From an uncultured bacterium (GTDB taxonomy: Bacteria > Krumholzibacteriota > Krumholzibacteriia > Krumholzibacteriales > Krumholzibacteriaceae), in NCBI GenBank assembly GCA_963786935.1, contig CAWBAN010000001.1, positions 1,024,001 through 1,088,000 on the forward strand: DNA of 64,000 bases, read 5' to 3'. The translations under genes and the position numbers were made by a program. The notes beneath the pieces were generated by a model. That model saw only the letters and a program-made list of their open reading frames with translations, did no database searches and was not told where the DNA came from. Of this stretch, positions 53,202 through 62,739 are shown one piece after another. Each line of letters begins with the position of its first letter. The first letter of the stretch is position 1.

Positions 53202-53230
53202 AATATACGTTCCCGTTCGCGCGATTTCAA
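53202..53230 (-). promoter_or_regulatory. Promoter of the por/bfu operon
   Basis: TTGAAA-17 bp-TATATT; the -10 lies inside the inverted repeat CGGGAA-N6-TTCCCG. Confidence 0.65.
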
Positions 53231-53285
53231 GCGGAATCGGCGGGGAGGCCCTCGCCTCCCCGCCGGAGCCCGCTCGTCGAAGCGA

Positions 53286-55244
53286 TTACTGGCGCTCCTC
53301 GAGGAGATGCGCCACGACGGTCGGATCGGCCAGCGTCGTCGTGTCGCCGACCTCGGTGCTGCCCGTCGCGATGACCTTGAGGATTCGCCGCATGATCTTG
53401 CCGCTCCGCGTCTTCGGAAGCGCGTCGGCGAACTGGATCTTGTCCGGCTTCGCGATCGGACCGATCATCTTGCCGACGTGGTTGCGGAGCTCCTCTTTGA
53501 GCTTGTCCGATTTCTCGAAACCGCCGGTCAGGGTGACGAACGCGTAGAGCCCCTCTCCCTTGATCTCGTGCGGCATCGGAACCACGGCCGCCTCGGCGAC
53601 CGCCTCGTGGCTCACGAGCGCGCTCTCGACTTCCATCGTCCCGATGCGGTGACCGGAGACGTTGATGACGTCGTCCACGCGGCCCATCAGCCAGAAGTAG
53701 CCGTCCTCGTCCTGCCGGGCGCCGTCGCCCGTGAAGTAGACGCCCTTGAAGCGGCTGTAGTAGGCGTCCGCGTAACGCTTGTCGTCCCCCCAGATCGTCC
53801 GGAGCTGTCCCGGCCACGGCTTCTTGATGATGAGGTAGCCCCCCTCGTTGCGCGCGCACGGCTTTCCGTCCTCGCGAACGACCTCGGGGAAAATCCCCGG
53901 GAAGGGGAGCGTCGCCGAGCCCGGCTTCAGCGGGAAGGCGCCCGGAAGCGGCGTGATGAGAATGCCGCCCGTCTCGGTCTGCCACCACGTGTCGACGATC
54001 GGGCAGCGCTCCTTGCCGATGTTCTTGTAGTACCACATCCAGGCCTCGGGATTGATCGGCTCGCCCACCGAGCCGAGAAGCCGCAGGCTCGACAGATCGT
54101 TCTTCGCCGGCCACTCGTCGCCGTCGCGCGCGATGGCGCGGATGGCGGTCGGCGCCGTGTAGAACACGTTGACCTTGTACTTGGCGACGACGTTCCAGAA
54201 GCGGTCCGGATTCGGGTAGCTCGGCACGCCCTCGAACATGATCGTCGTGGCGCCGTTGGCGAGCGGGCCGTACACGATGTACGAATGCCCCGTGATCCAG
54301 CCGATGTCGGCCGTGCACCAGTAGATGTCCTCGTCCTTGATGTCGAATATGAGCTTCGTCGTCACGGTGACGTACGTGAGGTAGCCGCCCGTCGTATGAA
54401 CGACGCCCTTCGGCTTGCCCGTCGTGCCGCTCGTGTAGAGGATGAACGAAATATCCTCGGCGTCCATCTGCTCCGGCTCGCACGTGTCCTTGGCCGTCGC
54501 CATCTCTTCATGCCACCAGAGGTCCTTGCCCTTGTTCATCGGGATGTCGAGCCCGGTGCGCTTCACGACGATGACCTTCTCGATCGTCGGGCAGTCGCCG
54601 AGAATCGTATCGGCGCCGGTCTTCAGGGGCACGGCCTTGCCGCGGCGATAGCTGCCGTCGGAGGTGACGAGGAGCTTCGCGCCGGCGTCGATGATGCGGT
54701 CCTTGAGCGATTCGGCGCTGAATCCGCCGAACACGATCGAGTGGATCGCGCCGATGCGCGTGCACGCGAGCATCGCGATCGCGAGCTCGGGGATCATCGG
54801 GAGATACAGGTTGACCCGGTCGCCCTTCTTGATCCCGTGCGACTTGAGGACGTTGGCGAACTTGCAGACCTCGCGATGGAGCTCCTTGTACGTGTATTTC
54901 TTCGCGTCGCCGACCGGCTCCCCTTCCCAGATGAGAGCGATCTTGTCGCCCTTCTTCGCGAGGTGCCGGTCGAGGCAGTTGTAGGAGATGTTGGTCGTGC
55001 CGCCGACGAACCACTTCACGAAGGGGGCCTTGCTGTGATCGAGCACCTTGTCCCACTTCTTGTACCAGTGAATCGCGTTCGCCTGCTCGGCCCAGAAACC
55101 CTCGAGGTCCTTCTCGGATTTCTCGTAGAGCTTCTTGTACTCGTCCATGCTCTTCACGTGCGCCTTCGCGACGAAATCCTTCGGGGGATTGAACACACGC
55201 CGCTCGTCGAGCATGGAGGTGATGGTTTTCTTCTCCTCTGCCAT
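53286..55244 (-). CDS. acs: AMP-forming acetyl-CoA synthetase
   Basis: [45 protein letters not shown]. Confidence 0.97.
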   Translation of the reverse strand: MAEEKKTITSMLDERRVFNPPKDFVAKAHVKSMDEYKKLYEKSEKDLEGFWAEQANAIHWYKKWDKVLDHSKAPFVKWFVGGTTNISYNCLDRHLAKKGDKIALIWEGEPVGDAKKYTYKELHREVCKFANVLKSHGIKKGDRVNLYLPMIPELAIAMLACTRIGAIHSIVFGGFSAESLKDRIIDAGAKLLVTSDGSYRRGKAVPLKTGADTILGDCPTIEKVIVVKRTGLDIPMNKGKDLWWHEEMATAKDTCEPEQMDAEDISFILYTSGTTGKPKGVVHTTGGYLTYVTVTTKLIFDIKDEDIYWCTADIGWITGHSYIVYGPLANGATTIMFEGVPSYPNPDRFWNVVAKYKVNVFYTAPTAIRAIARDGDEWPAKNDLSSLRLLGSVGEPINPEAWMWYYKNIGKERCPIVDTWWQTETGGILITPLPGAFPLKPGSATLPFPGIFPEVVREDGKPCARNEGGYLIIKKPWPGQLRTIWGDDKRYADAYYSRFKGVYFTGDGARQDEDGYFWLMGRVDDVINVSGHRIGTMEVESALVSHEAVAEAAVVPMPHEIKGEGLYAFVTLTGGFEKSDKLKEELRNHVGKMIGPIAKPDKIQFADALPKTRSGKIMRRILKVIATGSTEVGDTTTLADPTVVAHLLEERQ

Positions 55245-55327
55245 GGGAACCTCCTGTGCCGTTTGGTCTGGTTTGGATGATTCGCGTTCAATAAAACAAA
55301 ATCAAAGCGCAAGCCTTAAGAAGTTTG

Positions 55328-55356
55328 AATTTAGTCAGATATTCCGTTGCTGTCAA
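55328..55356 (-). promoter_or_regulatory. Candidate acs promoter
   Basis: TTGACA-17 bp-TAAATT. Confidence 0.65.
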
Positions 55357-55525
55357 GATATAATCCACGTTCGGGAGCGTTCCCCGCGCCGTTCCCGGCT
55401 GCCCCCGGCGAGCGGTTCGGCGGGATATAAGCGCCCGCAAAGGACCGACCCCGCGGCCGGCGCTTATTTAATTATTAGACAATACGTTATAGCATGCCGG
55501 GGACCGGATATTCGCCCCTGCTCCC

Positions 55526-55554
55526 TTGACTTTTCCCCATGTGAACCTTATGTT
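55526..55554 (+). promoter_or_regulatory. Candidate gdh promoter
   Basis: TTGACT-17 bp-TATGTT. Confidence 0.6.
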
Positions 55555-55597
55555 CAGGCGAGCGATCAAGAACCATGTCGAGAAAGGACGGCACGGA

Positions 55598-56884
55598 ATG
55601 GCAGACAAATCCTACAACGCCTTCGAAATGGCGCAGGCCCAGTTCGACCGGACGGCGAAGCTCCTCGACCTCGATGAGGCGACGAGGGAGCTTCTGCGCA
55701 CCAACCTCCGCGAATATCATGTGAGCATACCGGTCAAGATGGACGACGGCAGCGTGAAGGTGTTCCGCGGATTCAGGGTTCAACACAACGACGCGCGCGG
55801 CCCGGCGAAGGGCGGCATCCGCTTCCACCCGATGGAAACGATCGACACGGTGCGCGCCCTGGCCATGTGGATGACCTGGAAATGCGCCGTGGTCGATATA
55901 CCGCTCGGCGGCGGCAAGGGAGGCGTCATCTGCGACCCGCACAATCTCAGCTTGCGGGAGCAGGAACAGATCTGCCGCGGCTGGATCCGGCAGCTTTCGC
56001 AGGATTTGGGACCGATCCGTGACGTGCCCGCGCCCGACGTCATGACGAGCTCCCAGCACATGCTCTGGATGCTGGACGAGTACGAGACGATTCACGGGCA
56101 GCGGCTCCCGGGATTCATCACCGGCAAGCCGGTCGGCATGGGCGGCTCCCTCGGCCGCACCGAGGCCACCGGCTACGGCGTCATCTTCACGGTCCGCGAG
56201 GCCCTCAAGGAGCTCAATCTTCCCCCCGGCGACACGACGGCGAGCGTGCAGGGATTCGGCAACGTGGCGCAGTACGCGATCGAGCTCTACCAGCAGATCT
56301 GGGGAAAGGTCGTGTGCGTGTCCTGCTGGGATCAGAACGATAAGACGTCGTACAGCTTCTTCAAGAAGGACGGCGTCAACCTGAACGAGCTGCGCGGCAT
56401 CACGGACCGGTTCGGCGGCATCGAGAAAGAGAAGGCGAAGAAGCTCGGCTACGAGGTTCTCCCCGGCGAGGCGTGGATCGAGCAGGATGTGGACATCCTC
56501 ATCCCGTCCGCGCTCGAGAACCAGATCACCAAGGACAACGTCGGCAGAATGAGCAAACGCGTCAAGCTCATCGCCGAGGGCGCCAACGGTCCGACGACGC
56601 CCGAAGCGGACAAGGTGATCCAGGAGCGCGGCATATTCATGATACCCGACTTCCTCGCGAACGCCGGCGGCGTCACCTGCAGCTACTTCGAGCAGGTTCA
56701 GTGCAACATGAATTACTTCTGGGAAAAGGACGAGGTTCTCGGCAAGCTCGATACCAAGATGACGTCCGCGTTCAACGCGGTGAACGAGCTCGCAAAGAAA
56801 CGGAAACTCTACATGCGGGACGCCGCATACGTGATCGCGGTCGGGCGCGTCGCCCAGGCATGCAAAGGTCGCGGCTGGGTATAG
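55598..56884 (+). CDS. gdhA: Glu/Leu/Phe/Val dehydrogenase, probably glutamate dehydrogenase
   Basis: RGPAKGGIRFH, TWKCA, GGGKGG, DVPAPDV, GFGNV, EGANGPTT, NAGGVTCSYFE. Confidence 0.92.
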   Translation: MADKSYNAFEMAQAQFDRTAKLLDLDEATRELLRTNLREYHVSIPVKMDDGSVKVFRGFRVQHNDARGPAKGGIRFHPMETIDTVRALAMWMTWKCAVVDIPLGGGKGGVICDPHNLSLREQEQICRGWIRQLSQDLGPIRDVPAPDVMTSSQHMLWMLDEYETIHGQRLPGFITGKPVGMGGSLGRTEATGYGVIFTVREALKELNLPPGDTTASVQGFGNVAQYAIELYQQIWGKVVCVSCWDQNDKTSYSFFKKDGVNLNELRGITDRFGGIEKEKAKKLGYEVLPGEAWIEQDVDILIPSALENQITKDNVGRMSKRVKLIAEGANGPTTPEADKVIQERGIFMIPDFLANAGGVTCSYFEQVQCNMNYFWEKDEVLGKLDTKMTSAFNAVNELAKKRKLYMRDAAYVIAVGRVAQACKGRGWV

Positions 56885-56911
56885 ATTTCCGGCACGGCGC
56901 GGAAACGCCAC

Positions 56912-58669
56912 ATGCGGAGAAAAGACTACAGCCCCCACCATCAATCGCTCACGCGATTCGATCGATGCTTCTTCACGGGGGCGGAGCGTTTCACGTTCAT
57001 CGGTTCGGGCGAGCTCGGCGGCAAGGCGCACGGGCTCGCCCGGATGAAAGGCATCCTCGAATCGAAACTCAAGGATTCCTTCGAGCCCGCGATCTCGATC
57101 GGCATCCCCACGCTCACCGTCATCACGACCGAATTCTTCGATCTGTTCATGAAGCAGAACGATCTCTACGAGATCGCCTACTCCGAGGCGAGGGACGATT
57201 TGCTGGCGCACGCCTTTCAGCGCGCCGCGCTGCCCGTCCGGCTCTCCGGCGACCTCCGCGCCCTCGTCGAGCAGGCGCATTCCCCCCTCGCCGTTCGATC
57301 GTCGAGCATGCTCGAGGACGCCATGTTCGAGCCCTTCGCGAGCGTCTACGCGACGAAGATGGTGCCGAACAACCAGCCCGACGCGGATACCCGGTTCCGC
57401 AAGCTGAGCGAGGCGGTCAAATTCGTGTACGCGTCGACGTTCTTCAAGGTGGCCCGGAACTACATGCGGGCCACCCATCACGCCACGATCGACGAGAAGA
57501 TGGCGATCGTCATCCAGGAAGTGGTCGGCTCTCGCTTCGGCGAGCGCTACTACCCGCACATCTCCGGGGTGCTTCGCTCGTACAACTTCTACCCGACGGG
57601 GCACGGCACGCCCGAGGACGGCATCGTGGAGCTCGCGCTCGGCCTCGGACGAACGATCGTCGACGACGGCGTCAGCTGGGCCTTCTCCCCCGCCTTCCCC
57701 GGCGCCGACCCGCCGTTCAAATCGATGGGGGACCGCCTCAAGCACACGCAAACGGCCTTCTGGGGCGTGAACATGGGGAAGCCCGCCGCGTACGATCCGA
57801 TCGACGAGATCGAGTATCTGGCGTCGTACGACCTCGGAGACGCCGAATATGACGGCGTGATCAGGTTCATCGCGTCGACCTACCTTCCCGCCGACGACCG
57901 GATCACGAGCGGCACCGAAGAGCGGGGGCCCCGGATCATCGATTTCGCTCCGATCCTGAAGGACCGGATCCTCCCCCTCAACGATCTGCTGAAGACCCTG
58001 AAATCCGCCTGCGAGGACACGCTCGGCGCCATGGTCGAGGTCGAGTTCGCCCTCACGCTCGACCGCGAGTCCTGCGAACCGGCGCGATTCGGCTTCCTGC
58101 AGGTCCGCCCGATGGTCGTCTCGCAGGCCGAAGTCGATCTGCCGGCGAGCGAGCTCGCGGGCGCGAAGGTGCTCCTCTCCTCCGAGACCGTTCTCGGCAA
58201 CGGCGTGCTCGACACGATACTGGATGTGGTGTTCGTGCACCCCGAGCGCTTCGACACGCTCAAGACGCGCGAGATAGCGGCGGAGATCGAGCCGGTCAAC
58301 CGGCGGCTCGTCGAGGCGAAGACGCCGTACCTCCTCATCGGTTTCGGCCGATGGGGCACGACCGATCCGCCCGCCGGCATCCCCGTCGATTTCGGGCAGA
58401 TATCGGGCGCGAAGGTGATCGTCGAGGCCGCGCTCCCCAACCTCAACATCACGATGAGCCAGGGATCTCATTTCTTTCACAACGTGACGAGCTTCAAGAT
58501 ATTCTATTTCTCGATCCCGCACGGGAGCGAGTATCGTATCGACTGGGAGTGGCTCATGAAGCAGCGCACCGTTTCCGAAACGCATTTCGTGCGGCACGTC
58601 GCGCTCGATGAGCCCTTGTGCGCGAAGGTGGACGGCCGGAGCGGACGAGGAGTGATCACGCATGAGTGA
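56912..58669 (+). CDS. PEP-synthase/PPDK-type ATP-grasp domain protein, no PEP/pyruvate barrel
   Basis: LGGKAHGL, AVRSSSMLED, MAIVIQ, EVEFA, LQVRP; C-terminal GRWG..SQGSHFF domain. Confidence 0.85.
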   Translation: MRRKDYSPHHQSLTRFDRCFFTGAERFTFIGSGELGGKAHGLARMKGILESKLKDSFEPAISIGIPTLTVITTEFFDLFMKQNDLYEIAYSEARDDLLAHAFQRAALPVRLSGDLRALVEQAHSPLAVRSSSMLEDAMFEPFASVYATKMVPNNQPDADTRFRKLSEAVKFVYASTFFKVARNYMRATHHATIDEKMAIVIQEVVGSRFGERYYPHISGVLRSYNFYPTGHGTPEDGIVELALGLGRTIVDDGVSWAFSPAFPGADPPFKSMGDRLKHTQTAFWGVNMGKPAAYDPIDEIEYLASYDLGDAEYDGVIRFIASTYLPADDRITSGTEERGPRIIDFAPILKDRILPLNDLLKTLKSACEDTLGAMVEVEFALTLDRESCEPARFGFLQVRPMVVSQAEVDLPASELAGAKVLLSSETVLGNGVLDTILDVVFVHPERFDTLKTREIAAEIEPVNRRLVEAKTPYLLIGFGRWGTTDPPAGIPVDFGQISGAKVIVEAALPNLNITMSQGSHFFHNVTSFKIFYFSIPHGSEYRIDWEWLMKQRTVSETHFVRHVALDEPLCAKVDGRSGRGVITHE

Positions 58670-61600
58670 CCGCAGGGACCGCGGGGACGATCTGATCCAC
58701 TTCTTCCGCGAGCGCGAAAAGGAGCTCGAGTGCCTCTACAACATCGAGGAGCTCCTCGTCGAGCCGAATGCGCCGCAGGATAAGGTCTTCCGGAGAATCA
58801 TCGAAACGATTCCCTCCGGATGGCAGTATCCGAACATCTGCAGCGCCCGCATACGAATCGGATCGCGAAGCTATTCGATACCCGGATTCAAGGAATCCCC
58901 GTGGGTGATGAGCGCCGATATCGTCGTCGAGGACGAACGGGCCGGCGACATCAGTGTGTTCTATTCGAAGGAGATGCCCGCCGCGGACGAGGGCCCCTTC
59001 CTCAAATACGAGAAGCGGCTTCTCAAGACGATCGCCGACCGGATCGGGAACTTCATTCTCCACCAGCGGCTCATCGAGGCGGCCGAGGAGCGCCGCGAGG
59101 AGCGGCCCGAGGAGAGCACCGGCGAGTGGCGCGTCATTCTCAACCTCCTCCACCACACCGATCGCACCCTCTTCGAGAACGTCTCCCAGAAGATGCTCAA
59201 CCATCTCTGCTGGGGCGGCGTCCAGGAAGCGGAGCATCTGCGGAGCACGCTCGTGCCCGCCGAGCTCGATTTCGAAGCGGGGCCGGATACCGAGTCGAAC
59301 AAGCCCTACGAGGTGCACGCCCTCGAGATCACCGACGCTGTGAGCGACGAGATCTTCCGCGTCGCCGCGAAGGAATACACGGGCGAGCAGATCCTCGCCT
59401 TTCTCCGCAAATGGATCCAGGACGACAAGCTGAGCTATCTCCTGCGCATCGGCAACCGCAACCTACCCCTCGCCGACGTGATCGGCGCGCTCCGGCAGTT
59501 CCGCGAGATGTCCCCCGAGGGGAGCGACCTGTCCGCGGCCGCGAAGGTCGGCGTCATCGTGTCCCTCATCACGCGGTTTCTCTCGCGGCAGCTCGGCTAC
59601 ATCAACGTGGCGAAGAACTACATCGAGATCCGCGACTTCTTCGAGATCCTCGACCGTATCATCTACACCCCCGAGAGCCACGGACAGCTCGGCGGCAAGT
59701 GCGCGGGGCTCTTCCTCGCGCAGCAGATCATCAAGAAATCGTACGGCACCGACCCGCTCTTCGCGAACGTCAAGGTGCCGAAAACCTGGTATATCACCTC
59801 CGACGTGCTCCTCGAGTTCCTCCGGTTCAACAACCTCGACGAGGTCATCGAGCAAAAGTACAAGGACATCGACCAGACCCGGCTCGAGTACCCGAACGTG
59901 ATTCTCACCTTCAAGAACAGCCGGTTCCCGCCGGAGGTCGTGCAGGGGCTCTCCATGATCCTCGACGAGCTCGAAGGCATGCCGCTCATCATCCGCAGCT
60001 CGAGCCTCCTCGAGGACAGCCAGGGCGCCGCCTTCTCGGGAAAGTACAAGAGCCTCTTCCTCGCGAACCAGGGGAGCAAGCATGAACGTCTCGACGCGCT
60101 CCTCGACGCCATCGCCGAGGTCTACGCCTCCACCTTCGGCCCCGATCCCATCCAGTACCGCGCCGAGCGCGGCCTCCTCGACTTCGACGAGGGCATGGGG
60201 ATCATGATCCAGGGAGTCGTCGGCACGCGCGTGGGGGATTACTTCCTCCCCGTGTTCGCCGGGGTCGCCTTCAGCAGGAACGAGTTCCGCTGGTCTCCCC
60301 GGATCAAGCGCGAGGACGGGCTCATCCGCACGGTCCCCGGCCTCGGCACGCGCGCCGTCGACCGCGTGAGCGACGATTATCCCGCGCTCATCGCCCCCGG
60401 CCAGCCCGGGCTGCGCGTCAACGTCGCGACGGAGGAGATCGTCTACTACACGCCGAAGAAGATGGACGTGATCAACCTGAAAACGAACACCTTCGAAACG
60501 ATCGAGGCCAAGGAGCTCCTCCGGAAACACGGGGCGGAGATCCCGCTCGTCGAGAAGATGGTTTCGATCTACGACGGTCATCATCTGCGCAAGCCGATGG
60601 CGATGAGCATCGATTTCGAGAACGACGACCTTCCCCTGACGCTCGACGGTCTCGTGAGCGACACCCCCTTCGTGAAGCAGGTCCACGGCATCCTCAAGCT
60701 GCTCGAGCGGAAGCTCGGGTACCCCGTCGACATCGAGTTCGCGCACGACGGAACCGACTTCTATCTCCTCCAGTGCCGGCCGCAGAGCTTCTCGCCGTTG
60801 AGCGCCCCCGCGCCCATCCCCCAGGACATTCCGCCCGAGCGGATCGTCTTCCAGGCCAAGCGCTACATTTCGAACGGGCGGGTGCCGGACATCACCCATA
60901 TCGTCTACGTCGATCCCCTCGCGTACGCCGAGCTTCCGGACCGGGACGACCTCATCGCCGTGGGACGGGCCGTCGGCCATCTCAACAAGCTGCTGCCGAA
61001 GCACCAGTTCATCCTCATGGGGCCCGGCCGATGGGGAAGCCGCGGGGACATCAAGCTCGGCGTGAGCGTCACCTATTCCGACATCAACAACACCGCCGTG
61101 CTCATCGAGATCGCCCGCGCAAAGGGCAACTACATGCCCGACCTCTCGTTCGGCACGCACTTCTTCCAGGATCTCGTCGAGGGACAAATACGCTACCTTC
61201 CGCTCTTCCCCGACGACGAGGGCATCGTCTTCAACGAGCGGTTTCTCCTCGGCTCGAAGAACATCCTGTCCGAGATGCTCCCCGAGTTCTCCCGGCTCGA
61301 CGGCGTCGTGCACCTCATCGACGTTCCGGAATCGACCGGCGGCAAGATCCTGCGCATCCTGATGAACGCCGAGCTCGGCGAGGCGGTCGCCCTCCTCGCT
61401 CCGCGCGAATCGGGCGAGCAGCGCGTCGAGGACCAGCCCGCGGACGGCGACCGGCCGTCGAACAGTCTGTGGGTATGGCGGCTCAGGATGGCGGAGCGCA
61501 TCGCGTCGCAGCTCGATCCAGAGCGCTTCGGCGTCGCCGGATTCTACGTATTCGGGAGCACGAAGAACGCCACGGCGGGACTCGCGAGCGACATCGACAT

Positions 61601-61835
61601 CATCGTGCACGTCCGCGGCTCCGAGCGGCAGCGCGAGGAGCTCGAGCAGTGGCTCGACGGATGGAGCCAGTGTCTCGACGAAATGAATTACCTGCAGACC
61701 GGCTACCGGACGGGCGGCCTTCTCGACGTCCACTTCGTCACCGACGAGGATATCGCGAACAAGACGAGCTTCGCCGTCAAGATCGGAGCCGTCACCGACG
61801 CGGCCCGGCCCCTGCCGATGAAGAAACGCTCCTGA
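58662..61835 (+). CDS. Multidomain protein: GAF-like N-terminus, PPDK-type ATP-grasp, GRWG/GTHFF domain, C-terminal nucleotidyltransferase-like domain
   Basis: REREKELECLY..PSGWQYP..GPFL; LGGKCAGL, IRSSSLLED..FSGKY, DIEFA, LQCRP; GRWGS..SFGTHFF; FGST..SDIDII..LDVH. Confidence 0.85.
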   Translation: MSDRRDRGDDLIHFFREREKELECLYNIEELLVEPNAPQDKVFRRIIETIPSGWQYPNICSARIRIGSRSYSIPGFKESPWVMSADIVVEDERAGDISVFYSKEMPAADEGPFLKYEKRLLKTIADRIGNFILHQRLIEAAEERREERPEESTGEWRVILNLLHHTDRTLFENVSQKMLNHLCWGGVQEAEHLRSTLVPAELDFEAGPDTESNKPYEVHALEITDAVSDEIFRVAAKEYTGEQILAFLRKWIQDDKLSYLLRIGNRNLPLADVIGALRQFREMSPEGSDLSAAAKVGVIVSLITRFLSRQLGYINVAKNYIEIRDFFEILDRIIYTPESHGQLGGKCAGLFLAQQIIKKSYGTDPLFANVKVPKTWYITSDVLLEFLRFNNLDEVIEQKYKDIDQTRLEYPNVILTFKNSRFPPEVVQGLSMILDELEGMPLIIRSSSLLEDSQGAAFSGKYKSLFLANQGSKHERLDALLDAIAEVYASTFGPDPIQYRAERGLLDFDEGMGIMIQGVVGTRVGDYFLPVFAGVAFSRNEFRWSPRIKREDGLIRTVPGLGTRAVDRVSDDYPALIAPGQPGLRVNVATEEIVYYTPKKMDVINLKTNTFETIEAKELLRKHGAEIPLVEKMVSIYDGHHLRKPMAMSIDFENDDLPLTLDGLVSDTPFVKQVHGILKLLERKLGYPVDIEFAHDGTDFYLLQCRPQSFSPLSAPAPIPQDIPPERIVFQAKRYISNGRVPDITHIVYVDPLAYAELPDRDDLIAVGRAVGHLNKLLPKHQFILMGPGRWGSRGDIKLGVSVTYSDINNTAVLIEIARAKGNYMPDLSFGTHFFQDLVEGQIRYLPLFPDDEGIVFNERFLLGSKNILSEMLPEFSRLDGVVHLIDVPESTGGKILRILMNAELGEAVALLAPRESGEQRVEDQPADGDRPSNSLWVWRLRMAERIASQLDPERFGVAGFYVFGSTKNATAGLASDIDIIVHVRGSERQREELEQWLDGWSQCLDEMNYLQTGYRTGGLLDVHFVTDEDIANKTSFAVKIGAVTDAARPLPMKKRS

Positions 61836-62708
61836 TTATTCCCCAGACAGTGCCGCCGGCTGGAGCAGCTCCCGCGTGGCCATTGACGGGTTTTCGAGGT
61901 CGAAGCGTACGAGCGCGAGCTCGGGTCCGTCGTGCGCGGCGGAAAGTGCGAGGGTGCGCCCGAATGTGTCGCGCCATGCTCCGGTGATTCTCGCGGATTC
62001 GTGAATGTGACCGTGCAGCGTCAGAAGCGGCTGCCGCGCTTCGATGAAGCGGCGAATGGCGATGCTGCCGACGTGCACGTCGAGCGGCGCATGATCGACC
62101 ATTTTCCCGTCGAGCGCGGCGCGGTCGAGATTGCTCTCGTGCGGCGGCGCGTGGAAGAGAAACACCGCGTTCTCGAGATCGTCCGACGCGGCGAGCGCGT
62201 CGAGATCATCGGCGATCGTCGCGAATCGCGCCTCGTCGGGATCCACCTCAACCGTCCTCCACCCTTCCTCCGGCGATACGCATCCCGGATCGACGAACTG
62301 GGAGACGTCGTAGCGCTCCCAATCCTTGAGAAGAAACGGGCTCGGAGGCGCGTAGGCGTACCCGTATATCGTCCACGGCCCGAATGCCTCTTTTCTCCCG
62401 TGCATATACGAGAGGAGGCCGTCCCCCGCCGCTTCAATCAGGGATGCCTCCACCGCGCGGGGATCGTCGTTCCCGAGAATGACGAACACGCGCGGATAGG
62501 CCGCGCCGAGCCCGTTTCGCAGGCGGCCGAGCTCCGCGAAAAAGACATCCCGGAGAAAATCGCCGCCGGCGTCCGCGCGCCGCATATTGGGCAGGATGTC
62601 GCCGCCGAAGAACACGGCCTTCGGCTTTTCCGCCGAGACGGCGTCGAAGAGCCTCCGGTAGCGGCCGGGCTTGCCGTGCAGATCGGATGCGAAAAAGCAC
62701 CTCGTCAT
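61836..62708 (-). CDS. Calcineurin-like metallophosphoesterase
   Basis: SDLHG, GGD, GNDD, FHAPP, HGHIHE. Confidence 0.9.
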   Translation of the reverse strand: MTRCFFASDLHGKPGRYRRLFDAVSAEKPKAVFFGGDILPNMRRADAGGDFLRDVFFAELGRLRNGLGAAYPRVFVILGNDDPRAVEASLIEAAGDGLLSYMHGRKEAFGPWTIYGYAYAPPSPFLLKDWERYDVSQFVDPGCVSPEEGWRTVEVDPDEARFATIADDLDALAASDDLENAVFLFHAPPHESNLDRAALDGKMVDHAPLDVHVGSIAIRRFIEARQPLLTLHGHIHESARITGAWRDTFGRTLALSAAHDGPELALVRFDLENPSMATRELLQPAALSGE

Positions 62709-62739
62709 TCGTTTACGCTCTCCCCGTGCCGTTGTCCCG

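Noticed and set aside
56912..61835. Ordinary ppsA/ppdK annotation
   Set aside because: The canonical TSHAA motif and C-terminal PEP/pyruvate barrel are not recognisable.
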